A DNA stretch of 64,000 nucleotides from Candidatus Poribacteria bacterium (GTDB lineage Bacteria; Poribacteria; WGA-4E; PCPOR2b), in assembly GCA_965208325.1 (NCBI GenBank), contig OZ242326.1, positions 4,288,001 through 4,352,000 of the forward strand. Direction: 5' to 3'. Below the pieces are notes generated by a model. It did not search any database and had not been told where the DNA came from. It saw only the letters and a list, made by a program, of their open reading frames with translations. Position 1 is the stretch's first letter, and each line of letters opens with the position of its first letter. The translations under genes were made by a program, and so were the position numbers. This document shows, piece by piece, positions 1-9,466 of this stretch.

Positions 1-1
1 T

Positions 2-1051
2 AGTTCAAAACGCACCGGTATGCAAAGCGTTATCGTTGCGCGGGAGCGGCCTGACGGTAATTTGAAGGCGATGTTTCTGCTGATCGATCTCTGGAAAAGG
101 GGCATCCGCGACTGTTTTGTCGACGCCAATCTGCCCAAGGCACATCTCGACCGATTTTGCGAGAAATTGGGTAAATCTTACGATCTTGCCGATCACCTGC
201 CGGAAAACGAGGTCAAAGCCGAGGGGAATTTAATTGAAATGCCTCACAACACCATTGTGGTCGAAGCAGAATCTGCTATGCAGATGGACGATGGAGTGAA
301 TATTATTGAGGTGGATGGCGCGTCCGATGGAAAAGCAATTGACAGCGCAACCGGTGCGCGGGCGGTGCATGAAATTAACATACCGAAAGCGGGTAAGTGG
401 TATGTATGGATTCGTGCATTCTTTCCGGAACGCAGCAAGGATTCGTATTGGATTGGGATGGACGACGCCGAGCCTCATCCGTGGGATAGCGCTGGGGGAC
501 CTGGCGCAATTAAGATTTACGCCGAACAAGGCGATTCAGACAGTAAAACGGATTCAGCTTGGGGCGTATGGTACTGGGATTCCGGTGTGAAAAGCGAATC
601 TTTCCCAAACGCCTTTTTTGATGTAAAGAAGCGCGGGAAACATATATTGTGGTCTAAGGGACGCGAACCCGGTTCTATATTGGATCAGATATTGTTGACG
701 ATGGACGAAAAGTTTAACCCGGAAGCGGCGACCGACGGGGCAACTTTACCAGTGCCAGCCACCGTATATCCATTTGAGCCGATTCGGTTTGCCGAGTGCC
801 AAGCGCTGATCCGCTACGCGTTGGACATGGCAACCGAAATCAAAACCGAAATTCCGTGGGAATTCGAATATTGGCGAAGCATTGTGGGCGACCTCTCTAA
901 CGTGCCGGCGATGGAGGGATCGCTGTACAAATGTCCCAAATGCGGCGAGGATTTGCCTGAACCTGCCGTCGATTTGATGAAAGAACATGCGCAGTCGGAC
1001 GATATTCAATTTTATATTCTGTGCCGCAAATGCGGCGGCGAATTTGATTAA
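2..1051 (+). CDS. Hypothetical protein, probably 5'-truncated by the window edge, with an internal CBM6/35-like beta-sandwich and a C-terminal Zn-ribbon
   Basis: Frame is open from base 2 through ATG 20 to TAA 1051. Internal segment IVVEAES...GKWYVWIR...REPGSILDQILLT resembles galactose-binding/CBM folds. C-terminus has CPKC...CRKC. Confidence 0.6.
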   Translation, partial: SSKRTGMQSVIVARERPDGNLKAMFLLIDLWKRGIRDCFVDANLPKAHLDRFCEKLGKSYDLADHLPENEVKAEGNLIEMPHNTIVVEAESAMQMDDGVNIIEVDGASDGKAIDSATGARAVHEINIPKAGKWYVWIRAFFPERSKDSYWIGMDDAEPHPWDSAGGPGAIKIYAEQGDSDSKTDSAWGVWYWDSGVKSESFPNAFFDVKKRGKHILWSKGREPGSILDQILLTMDEKFNPEAATDGATLPVPATVYPFEPIRFAECQALIRYALDMATEIKTEIPWEFEYWRSIVGDLSNVPAMEGSLYKCPKCGEDLPEPAVDLMKEHAQSDDIQFYILCRKCGGEFD

Positions 1052-1101
1052 ATGACAATTTGGAATTACGCATTTGAAGTTTTCGGACTGTGTATTTTTT
1101 G

Positions 1102-1130
1102 TTGCAAAGGATTGGGTTCTGATATATAAT
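1102..1130 (+). promoter_or_regulatory. sigma70-type promoter of the nuo operon
   Basis: TTGCAA (1102-1107), 17 bp, TATAAT (1125-1130). Confidence 0.65.
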
Positions 1131-1190
1131 TTATGGTAGCAATGTGGTAGCAAGTGCGAATTGAGGATGTAAATTTTTTTTGCTTACAGC

Positions 1191-1208
1191 TTGTGATATT
1201 TTTCACAA
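1191..1208. promoter_or_regulatory. Palindromic operator, Rex-like (also fits the CRP/FNR-family consensus)
   Basis: TTGTGATATTTTTCACAA has one mismatch to Rex TTGTGAA-N4-TTCACAA. It lies between the promoter and the nuoA start. Confidence 0.65.
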
Positions 1209-1234
1209 ACTCCGGTTGAAAGGCGCGGAAATAC

Positions 1235-1630
1235 ATGGATCTCGATTTTGCGAATGTATTGATTTTCTTGGTTGTCGGGTGTGTATTTGTGCTTCTTAAC
1301 CTGACTGTTTCCCGCCTGCTTCAAACCCGGCTATTCACCGAAGAGAAATATATTCCATACGAATGCGGCGAAGATCCGGTAGGCGATACTCGAATCAAAT
1401 TTAACGCGCGGTTCTACATCATCGCTCTCATATTTCTGATTTTTGATGTTGAAATTGTGTTTCTATTTCCGTGGGGGGTTGTGTTTCGTGAAATCGGCGT
1501 CCTCGCATTTGTCGAAATGGTAATATTCATTGCCATTTTGTTGGTTGGGCTGGCTTACGTGTGGGTCAAGGGTGATCTAGAGTGGATACGGTCGATTCAG
1601 TCGGGAAGTAAGGAGAGTGAAGTACAATGA
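1235..1630 (+). CDS. nuoA: NADH-quinone oxidoreductase subunit A
   Basis: PYECGEDP and [14 protein letters not shown] motifs; 3 TM helices. Confidence 0.97.
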   Translation: MDLDFANVLIFLVVGCVFVLLNLTVSRLLQTRLFTEEKYIPYECGEDPVGDTRIKFNARFYIIALIFLIFDVEIVFLFPWGVVFREIGVLAFVEMVIFIAILLVGLAYVWVKGDLEWIRSIQSGSKESEVQ

Positions 1631-2235
1631 TTATCGAAGAGAGACTCGACAAGAATGCAATTGTAACGTCAGTTGATGCAGTTGCGAATTGGGCGCGGGC
1701 ATCGTCACTCTGGCCCATGACGTTCGGGCTTGCCTGCTGTGCAATCGAGTTTATGGCGACCGCTGCTTCCAACTACGATTTGGACCGCTTTGGCGCCGGT
1801 GTGCCGCGCGCGACGCCGCGTCAATCCGATCTCATGATTGTTTCAGGCACGGTTACGTTAAAAATGGCGACACGCATCAAACGCCTCTATGAGCAGATGC
1901 CTGAACCGAAATATGTTATTTCTATGGGGAGTTGCGCCACGAGCGGCGGCCCGTATTGGCAGCACGGTTACCATGTCCTGAAGGGGGTAGACCGCATTAT
2001 ACCGGTTGACGTTTATGTGCCGGGCTGTCCGCCGCGGCCTGAAGCAGTGCTCGAAGGGTTGATGAAGCTGCAGGAAAAAATCAAAACGCAGACAGTTGCA
2101 AAACGCCGCAATATGCCTTTCTTGAGAAAACTCTTTACCAAGACAGAGTTGGCGAACAATGAGGCGGCGATGGAAGAAGCAAAAGCACATCTCGCTGAAC
2201 ACGAGGAATCCGAACGCGAAGAGGCTGCGGACTAA
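1627..2235 (+). CDS. nuoB: NADH-quinone oxidoreductase subunit B, with charged C-terminal extension
   Basis: [15 protein letters not shown] and [10 protein letters not shown]2-cluster motifs; ATGA overlap with nuoA. Confidence 0.97.
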   Translation: MIIEERLDKNAIVTSVDAVANWARASSLWPMTFGLACCAIEFMATAASNYDLDRFGAGVPRATPRQSDLMIVSGTVTLKMATRIKRLYEQMPEPKYVISMGSCATSGGPYWQHGYHVLKGVDRIIPVDVYVPGCPPRPEAVLEGLMKLQEKIKTQTVAKRRNMPFLRKLFTKTELANNEAAMEEAKAHLAEHEESEREEAAD

Positions 2236-2259
2236 AGTAATTAGGAGAGTTCCATTTCT

Positions 2260-2742
2260 GTGACGCCGCAAGAGATTTACACTCGGTTAAAAGGTGAATT
2301 TGGAGAATCGATTCTCTCATTTGAAGAAACTGTTGTCGATCCCTTTATAGTTGTTGTCCCCGAGTCGATAGCCGATGTCGGACGATACCTTGCGGAAGGT
2401 GAGGCGTTGGCTTTCGATTTTTTAATGTGCCTCAGCGGGGTTGATTTGAGCGTTAAAGCTGAAGACCTTGAGGTTGTGTATCACCTCTACTCAATGACCC
2501 ACCGCCACAACGTTGTCCTCAAAGTCTTCGTCCACAAAGAAAACCCCCACCTTCCCACCGTCGAAAACATCTGGAAGACCGCCAATTGGCATGAGCGCGA
2601 GACGTTCGATCTGTACGGCATCGTCTTTGACGGCCACAGCGAGCTAAAACGCATTCTGCTTCCGGACGATTGGGAGGGACACCCGCTGCGCAAAGACTAC
2701 AAAGAACCTGATTTCTATCGGAGTATGCGGGTGCCGTATTGA
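2260..2742 (+). CDS. nuoC: NADH-quinone oxidoreductase subunit C
   Basis: ANWHERETFDLYGIVFDGH...GHPLRKDY; GTG start after AGGAG. Confidence 0.96.
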   Translation: MTPQEIYTRLKGEFGESILSFEETVVDPFIVVVPESIADVGRYLAEGEALAFDFLMCLSGVDLSVKAEDLEVVYHLYSMTHRHNVVLKVFVHKENPHLPTVENIWKTANWHERETFDLYGIVFDGHSELKRILLPDDWEGHPLRKDYKEPDFYRSMRVPY

Positions 2743-2901
2743 TTGGTGGATTAGGTTGGGGGTAAGTGCGTTTGAAGGCAGTTTCTGCAGTACCTATTTC
2801 GGCGGATTTAAGGGCTTTTTGTGCAGAAATTAGCAAATCCACCCAAACCGTTGCATAAATGCTGCGCCGCGGAACACGGTTGAATAGCAGGGAATTTTAC
2901 T

Positions 2902-4080
2902 ATGGCAGCGCCAAAACCCGAAAGCAAATTCATTGAACTAAAGCCGTTTACGGATGAGATGGTCGTGAATATGGGACCGCAACATCCAAGCACGCACGGT
3001 GTGTTGCGGCTTGAACTGAAGCTAGACGGCGAGGTCGTCCGGGAGGCAATCCCGCATATCGGATATCTGCACCGCTGCTTTGAAAAACATTCCGAAAATC
3101 TGTCTTACCCCCAGATTATTCCGTTCACCGACCGGATGGACTATATCGCTGCGATGAACCAGAATTGGGGGTTTTGCCTAGCTGTTGAAAAGCTGATGGC
3201 GGCTGACGAAAAAAAGGGATTCGAGGTGCCCGAACGCGCCGAATATCTGCGGGTGCTCATCTGCGAACTGAATCGGATTGGGAGCCATCTCCTATCTTTT
3301 GGCACCTACGGCATGGACATCGGTGCGTTCACTCCGTTCCTCTACGCTTTTCGAGACCGCGAGAAGATCCTCCTGCTTTTTGAGAAAATCTGCGGTGCGC
3401 GCCTGACATACAATTATGTGCGTATCGGCGGCGTGTCGAGGGATATGCCGCCACAATTTCTTGACGAGGTCAAGGAATTTATCGACTACTTTGAGCCGAA
3501 AATTGACCAATACAACTCGCTACTAACGGATAACGAGATTTTTATGGAACGCACCACAGGCGTCGCCGTGATGGATAATGCGATGGCGATTAACTACGGC
3601 ATCACTGGCCCTAATCTTCGAGGCGCAGGGTCTCAATGGGACTTGCGCAAGGATGAACCGTACTCAATTTATGATCGGTTCGACTTTGACGTTGCGTACG
3701 GGAAAGAAATTCCGGAAATTGGGGCGGTCTTAGGTGATTGCTGGAATCGGTACAAGGTGCGAATGGACGAAATGAAAGAGTCCGTGCGTATAATCCGTCA
3801 AATTCTTGAGGGTGATATCCCTGATGGGCCAATTATGGCGGAGATGAAAGCGGTTCGCCCGCCAAAGGGCGAGATATTCTTCCGAAGCGAGGCGCCGCGC
3901 GGCGAGCTTGGGTTTTATATCGTGAGCGACGGTACGCCTAAACCGGTGCGAGTAAGAGCCAAATCGCCGTGTTTCACGGCTTTGAGTGCGTTGCAGGAAC
4001 TCAGTAGAGGATTAATGGTTGCCGATATTATCGCGATTATTGGCAGTATAGATATTGTGATGGGAGAAGTAGACCGCTAA
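2902..4080 (+). CDS. nuoD: NADH-quinone oxidoreductase subunit D
   Basis: NMGPQHPSTHGVLRL, GYLHRCFEK, C-terminal DIVMGEVDR. Confidence 0.97.
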   Translation: MAAPKPESKFIELKPFTDEMVVNMGPQHPSTHGVLRLELKLDGEVVREAIPHIGYLHRCFEKHSENLSYPQIIPFTDRMDYIAAMNQNWGFCLAVEKLMAADEKKGFEVPERAEYLRVLICELNRIGSHLLSFGTYGMDIGAFTPFLYAFRDREKILLLFEKICGARLTYNYVRIGGVSRDMPPQFLDEVKEFIDYFEPKIDQYNSLLTDNEIFMERTTGVAVMDNAMAINYGITGPNLRGAGSQWDLRKDEPYSIYDRFDFDVAYGKEIPEIGAVLGDCWNRYKVRMDEMKESVRIIRQILEGDIPDGPIMAEMKAVRPPKGEIFFRSEAPRGELGFYIVSDGTPKPVRVRAKSPCFTALSALQELSRGLMVADIIAIIGSIDIVMGEVDR

Positions 4081-4153
4081 GCGTTGGAAACGCTGAATCT
4101 CTGCTTCAGATACCGTGATGGCAGCGTTATAATATTCGACATAGGAAATTCCG

Positions 4154-5404
4154 ATGTTACCTGTTTTTCAGCAGTTTGTTCAAAACCCATTCCCAGAATT
4201 CTTCGCCCAAGCGGGCAGTGAAAATCTGTCGCAGTTGGTTCTGGAATTTTTGCGGTCGCACGTCCCGTTTCTGGCGACACTTCCCGACCCTGTGTTGCAA
4301 TTGATTGCGATGCTCGCCGTATGTGTTATCTTCGTTGCGGTCGTGCCTTTGCTTCCGCTGTTCTTGGTCTTGGCGGAAAGGAAGGTGTCCGCCCATATCC
4401 AGGATCGCGTCGGACCGATGCGGGTGGGGCCCCACGGCGTACTTCAGACATTGGCAGACGGCGTTAAACTCATTTTCAAAGAGGACCATATTCCGCGGCA
4501 AGGCGACAAAATTCTCTTCATCGTTGCGCCGTATATCATCTTTGCATGCTCTTTTGCGGTGTTTGCGGCTATCCCGTTTGGCAAATCAATCTTGGTGAGT
4601 AACCTGAATATCGGCATCTTTTACATCATGGCAATCTCCTCTGTCGTTGTGATTGGCGTAATTATGGCGGGTTGGGCGTCGAATAGCAAATGGTCGTTGT
4701 TAGGTGCGTTGCGCTCCGCGGCGCAGATTGTCAGCTATGAAATCCCAATCGGCCTTTCAATTTTGGCGGTCGTGATGCTTGTGGAGAGCTTGAAAATGCA
4801 GGATATTGTGATGAATCAGGGCGGCTTGGGGATATTGAGTTGGATCGTCTTTCGTACCCCGTTCACCTTTATCGCTTTTTTTGTATTCTTTATTTCGGCG
4901 ATTGCGGAGGTAAACCGAACCCCCTTTGATTTGCCGGAGGCGGAGTCCGAACTGGTAGCAGGATTTCACACGGAATACAGTGGCATGCGATTCGCGTTGT
5001 TCTTCATTGCGGAATATGCGAATATGTTTGCCGTGAGCGCAATTGCAGCAACGTTATTTCTCGGCGGTTGGAAGGGCATAATCCCCGGCTACGAATTTCT
5101 GGGCGGCACACCCGGTTTTGTTATCAAGACGATGTTACTCGTCTTTGTCATGATGTGGATACGATGGACGCTGCCTCGGCTTCGCGTCGATCAACTCATG
5201 AACCTGTGTTGGAAATACCTTATCCCAATTTCATTCTTCAACATTCTCGGTATTGGGATTTGGGTGCTCATTTTTCAGAACGACAGAAATCCAGCCCATA
5301 TTGGCATTAGCTTGTTGATTATCATTCTAGGAATCATCGGTGCATATTTGGTGTTAGGAAGGCGTTCATCGCAAAGCCCCGCGCCCCGGGCGAGTTCTGC
5401 GTAG
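4154..5404 (+). CDS. nuoH: NADH-quinone oxidoreductase subunit H, with N-terminal extension
   Basis: ERKVSAHIQDRVGP, PFDLPEAESELVAGFHTEYSG, LPRLRVDQLM. Confidence 0.96.
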   Translation: MLPVFQQFVQNPFPEFFAQAGSENLSQLVLEFLRSHVPFLATLPDPVLQLIAMLAVCVIFVAVVPLLPLFLVLAERKVSAHIQDRVGPMRVGPHGVLQTLADGVKLIFKEDHIPRQGDKILFIVAPYIIFACSFAVFAAIPFGKSILVSNLNIGIFYIMAISSVVVIGVIMAGWASNSKWSLLGALRSAAQIVSYEIPIGLSILAVVMLVESLKMQDIVMNQGGLGILSWIVFRTPFTFIAFFVFFISAIAEVNRTPFDLPEAESELVAGFHTEYSGMRFALFFIAEYANMFAVSAIAATLFLGGWKGIIPGYEFLGGTPGFVIKTMLLVFVMMWIRWTLPRLRVDQLMNLCWKYLIPISFFNILGIGIWVLIFQNDRNPAHIGISLLIIILGIIGAYLVLGRRSSQSPAPRASSA

Positions 5405-5421
5405 GGCAAGGAGGATTAAAA

Positions 5422-6090
5422 ATGCGTCAATATTTCTCAAATATCTACCTCGGCGTTTACTCGGTTTTCATTGGTATGGCAATCACGTTTAGGCAGTTGT
5501 TTAAACCTTCTGTGACTCACCAATATCCGTACGAGCATTCGTTTGAGCAGAAGAAAAACGTGCGCGATATCCCCCAAGGCTATCGAGGGCAGCTGTTCAA
5601 TCGTATTGAGGACTGCATCGGCTGCAAAAAATGCGAGATGATTTGCCCGGTTGACTGTATCTACATCACCACCGAAAAATTGCCCAAGGGGGAAAGGCTT
5701 TGGGACAGCATGAACGTCGTCCACCTCAAGGATAGGACGGAAATCGTCGGAATGATTGAAGGCGACGAAAAGATTGAGGCGGACACGACAGTTTCGATTC
5801 AGACGCGGGAGCGCGGGGCTGTGGAAATTCCAAGTGAACAGGTCGCCCGTGTTGTCGAACGGAAGCCGGTAATTTTTTACCTGGACAAGTTCGACATTGA
5901 CATGTCGCTCTGTATGTATTGCGGTCTCTGCACCGAAGTCTGTCCGACAGAATGCCTGATAATGATCGATACACTTGAAGGCATAGAGTATTCAACGTTT
6001 GACCGGACAAACCTAATCTTCAAATTCGCCAAGCCGGAGATGTACGAAAAACCGCTTGATGAAGCTACTGATGCTGAGGCTGCCGATTAA
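5422..6090 (+). CDS. nuoI: NADH-quinone oxidoreductase subunit I, with a ~55-aa insertion between the two 4Fe-4S motifs
   Basis: CIGCKKCEMICP and CMYCGLCTEVCP; VTHQYP; operon position. Confidence 0.93.
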   Translation: MRQYFSNIYLGVYSVFIGMAITFRQLFKPSVTHQYPYEHSFEQKKNVRDIPQGYRGQLFNRIEDCIGCKKCEMICPVDCIYITTEKLPKGERLWDSMNVVHLKDRTEIVGMIEGDEKIEADTTVSIQTRERGAVEIPSEQVARVVERKPVIFYLDKFDIDMSLCMYCGLCTEVCPTECLIMIDTLEGIEYSTFDRTNLIFKFAKPEMYEKPLDEATDAEAAD

Positions 6091-6095
6091 AGTAT

Positions 6096-6608
6096 ATGGA
6101 ACTTAAACCGTTAGTATTTTATGTTTTTGCCCTGCTCACCATTGGATCTGCGGTTATCGTTGTGACGGTACGCAACATCGTTCATGCCGCTTTTTCACTG
6201 ATGGTAACGCTCTTTAGCATTGCAGGGCTTTATGTGTTTTTGCAGGCAGATTTTCTCGCGGCAACCCAAGTCATCGTCTATGTCGGCGGCATCCTTGTGC
6301 TTATTCTGTTTGGCGTGATGATGACCAGCGGCCGTTTGGACATGAAACTTAAGATGGAGCGCGGGCAGCTTTTCTGGGGTGGACTGGTTACCATATTAAT
6401 CTTTGCGCTGCTCTTGGGTGTTATTAGAAGAACCCCGTGGAACGTCCAAGAAGAACTGGGTACTGTGGAGGGAACGACCGCTCAGATAGGAAAGGCCATA
6501 TTGCAGAAAGAGTTCCTGCTCCCCTTCGAGGTTGCGTCCGTGATTCTGCTGATTGCGTTAATCGGAGCGGTGTTAATTTCACGCAAGGAAGTCCGCGAAG
6601 ATGAATGA
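6096..6608 (+). CDS. nuoJ: NADH-quinone oxidoreductase subunit J
   Basis: QVIVYVGGILVLILFGVM and LPFEVASVILL. Confidence 0.95.
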   Translation: MELKPLVFYVFALLTIGSAVIVVTVRNIVHAAFSLMVTLFSIAGLYVFLQADFLAATQVIVYVGGILVLILFGVMMTSGRLDMKLKMERGQLFWGGLVTILIFALLLGVIRRTPWNVQEELGTVEGTTAQIGKAILQKEFLLPFEVASVILLIALIGAVLISRKEVREDE

Positions 6609-6912
6609 CCTCACACCATACCTTGTCATTAGTACAACCCTATTCTGCCTAGGCATTTTCGCCGTATTGACGCGGCGTAACGCTATTAGCATTTTAATGG
6701 GGATTGAGCTGATTCTCAACGCCTGTAATCTGAATTTTGCCGCTTTTTCTCGGTTTGTGACGCCCCCCGATGACATCAGCGGACAAATCATCTCCATTTT
6801 CGGAATTGTGTTGGCGGCTGCAGAAGCAGCGGTGTTTTTGGCGATTATCCTGGCAATATATAGAGAGTTTAGTACGATTAGCCCGGATGAAACTGATACG
6901 TTGAAAGGATAG
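6601..6912 (+). CDS. nuoK: NADH-quinone oxidoreductase subunit K
   Basis: RRNAISILMGIELILNA and AAAEAAV. Confidence 0.96.
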   Translation: MNDLTPYLVISTTLFCLGIFAVLTRRNAISILMGIELILNACNLNFAAFSRFVTPPDDISGQIISIFGIVLAAAEAAVFLAIILAIYREFSTISPDETDTLKG

Positions 6913-7084
6913 GTGTCTCCGCGTTTTATCGGGCGGCGCGTGTTGGATGTCTTAAAGCAGTGCTAGTGATGTTGCCGCAGGTGATGGTAAGGGGCGCTCG
7001 GCTCTGCGCGATCTAAGTTATTTTGCTACGAAATTCAGTCCGTTAACCTAAAGTTGCGGTATTTGACCATTCAGGAAGGGTGGC

Positions 7085-9280
7085 ATGTCGGTTGTTGTTC
7101 TTTTTAGTATAATTTTGCTTTGTCCGCTCGCAGCCTTCTCGATTTTTAGCTTGCTGTCGCTAGCCGGACGCAATTCACCCCGCCAAGATCTCATCTCAAC
7201 CGCGGCAATGCTTATTGCATTTGTCTGCTCTCTGCTGCTCTTTGTTACCGCCGACCATGAAAAACCGGACCACCAAACGCTCACCTGGCTACCGCTCGAA
7301 TCGGTCGATTTTTCGATGGGGTTTTACTTTGACAGTGTAACAGCCGTCATGTTGCTGGTTGTCACAATTGTCAGCAGCCTCGTGCATATCTTTTCTATCG
7401 GTTATATGCACGGCGACCCGCGCTATCCTAGATTCTTCGCATTTCTTTCGTTATTTTCCTTTTCGATGCTGTTTTTGGTGGTATCGGACAATCTGCTCGG
7501 CATCTATATTGGCTGGGAGCTAGTCGGGCTGTGTTCATACCTGCTTATTGGATTCTGGTTTGAAAAAAACTCGGCGGCGGATGCGTGCAAAAAAGCCTTC
7601 TTAACAACCCGCGTGGGCGACGTTGGGATGTTCATCGGGATGATGATGCTGTTCGCCAAATTCCAAACGCTGGCGCTCTATGGAGAAGACGGCATTTTCG
7701 CAGCGATAGCGCATTTGGACGCGGGCGACTTGACATGGCTGTCTATTGCTGGTGTGCTTATCTTCTGCGGTGCTGTTGGCAAGTCCGCGCAAGTGCCGCT
7801 GCACACATGGCTGCCAGATGCGATGGAAGGTCCCACACCGGTCAGCGCATTAATTCACGCTGCAACCATGGTCGCCGCCGGCGTCTATCTTGCCGCACGT
7901 ATGTTCCCGCTCTTGACGCCGGATTCGTCGTTGGTCATCGCTTACATCGGCGGCATCACGGCGTTGATAGCAGCGACAATTGCCATCGTTCGATTTGATA
8001 TCAAGCGGGTGTTAGCTTATTCAACCATCAGCCAACTTGGGTATATGATGTTGGCAATCGGCGCAGGCAGCTACGTCGCGGGTCTCTTTCACTTGACTAC
8101 GCACGCATTCTTCAAAGCCCTGTTGTTCCTCGGATCGGGGAGCGTTATCCATGCGTTTCACGCCAGCCACCAGGCACACAGCCACCACGATGAGAATGGA
8201 CATTCGCGCGGATCCGAGGCGCCGTTCGCGAGTTTTGGTATCGACCCGGCGCAGGATATGCGTCATATGGGCGGGTTGCGGCGGAAAATGCCTCTCACAT
8301 TCGTCACCATGCTCATTGCAACGATGTCAATCTCAGGTGTGCCGTTTCTCTTCTCGGGATTCTGGAGTAAAGATGCAATTCTGGTTGAGGTTCTCTACAG
8401 AGCGATGTCGTGGCACTCCGTGCACCACTATATTTTGTTTTGCACCGCGGCACTTGCCGCTGTCATTACGGCATTTTACATGTTCCGCCTTATTTTCATG
8501 ACCTTTTTCGGCGAACCTCGCAACCGAGAGATGTATGACCATGTCCATGAGTCGCCGAAGGTAATGACAGTTCCGCTCATAATTCTGGCGGTACTCAGTT
8601 TTCCAATTTTCAACACAATTGTCAACAAAGGGTTTTTTGAACACTATGTGAAAACGCCGGAACAACCTCACGTTGGTTCGCCAAAACATGCACACGACAG
8701 TCAAAGCCAAGGCGTCCTGTATGCGCAAGCGGGGCTTTCAGTAGCGTATGCTGCCGAAGACGCGCACCAACATCATGATGACCATGCAGCAGGAGAACAT
8801 CACAATCCAATCCATGACAAGGCGCACAATATCGTCATACCTTTATCGTTCGTAATTGTGATTTTGGGCATTGGGCTGTCCGCACTATTCTACTACTGGA
8901 AAAAGATTTCCGCCGAAGCTGTCGCCGCCAAATTCCGCCCAATCTATAATCTTTTCTGGAACAAATATTATTTTGACGAATTTTACAACGGCGCGATTGT
9001 TGCGTTTACCGTCGCAAGTTCTAGGTTATTTGGGCTTTTCGATCTGCGCGTCATTGATGGCATTGTCAACGGAATCGGATTTACCGTGCGCGAGTTGTTT
9101 TCCCGGTTAATCGGCTGGGTCGACAACACCTTCGTCGATGGACTTGTCAATTGGGTAGCGCAAATTACCTTGTCGGTGGGAGGCAGAATCAGGCGAGTTC
9201 AAACGGGGATGATTCAAAACTACCTACTAATTATTTTGGGCGGGTTAGTGCTGTTGATTTTAATTTTCCGAAGTTTATAG
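7085..9280 (+). CDS. nuoL: NADH-quinone oxidoreductase subunit L, with two His-rich loop insertions
   Basis: GKSAQVPLHTWLPDAMEGPTPVSALIHAATMV, KRVLAYSTISQLG, HAFFKALLFL. Confidence 0.97.
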   Translation: MSVVVLFSIILLCPLAAFSIFSLLSLAGRNSPRQDLISTAAMLIAFVCSLLLFVTADHEKPDHQTLTWLPLESVDFSMGFYFDSVTAVMLLVVTIVSSLVHIFSIGYMHGDPRYPRFFAFLSLFSFSMLFLVVSDNLLGIYIGWELVGLCSYLLIGFWFEKNSAADACKKAFLTTRVGDVGMFIGMMMLFAKFQTLALYGEDGIFAAIAHLDAGDLTWLSIAGVLIFCGAVGKSAQVPLHTWLPDAMEGPTPVSALIHAATMVAAGVYLAARMFPLLTPDSSLVIAYIGGITALIAATIAIVRFDIKRVLAYSTISQLGYMMLAIGAGSYVAGLFHLTTHAFFKALLFLGSGSVIHAFHASHQAHSHHDENGHSRGSEAPFASFGIDPAQDMRHMGGLRRKMPLTFVTMLIATMSISGVPFLFSGFWSKDAILVEVLYRAMSWHSVHHYILFCTAALAAVITAFYMFRLIFMTFFGEPRNREMYDHVHESPKVMTVPLIILAVLSFPIFNTIVNKGFFEHYVKTPEQPHVGSPKHAHDSQSQGVLYAQAGLSVAYAAEDAHQHHDDHAAGEHHNPIHDKAHNIVIPLSFVIVILGIGLSALFYYWKKISAEAVAAKFRPIYNLFWNKYYFDEFYNGAIVAFTVASSRLFGLFDLRVIDGIVNGIGFTVRELFSRLIGWVDNTFVDGLVNWVAQITLSVGGRIRRVQTGMIQNYLLIILGGLVLLILIFRSL

Positions 9281-9466
9281 CGTGCCTGCCGCCATCGTTG
9301 CGGTACGGATGGCAACTAAGAGGCCGGCATTAAACGGCGCATTTGATTGGGCAGCGTTATTCTAAGGCGGGCAATTCAGAATTAGAAGTAAATTTCACGG
9401 GAAACGAAGCAATAAAACTGTAGCATATAAATACATTCGGGGCTATTGACAGGAGGGTTTCACTGG

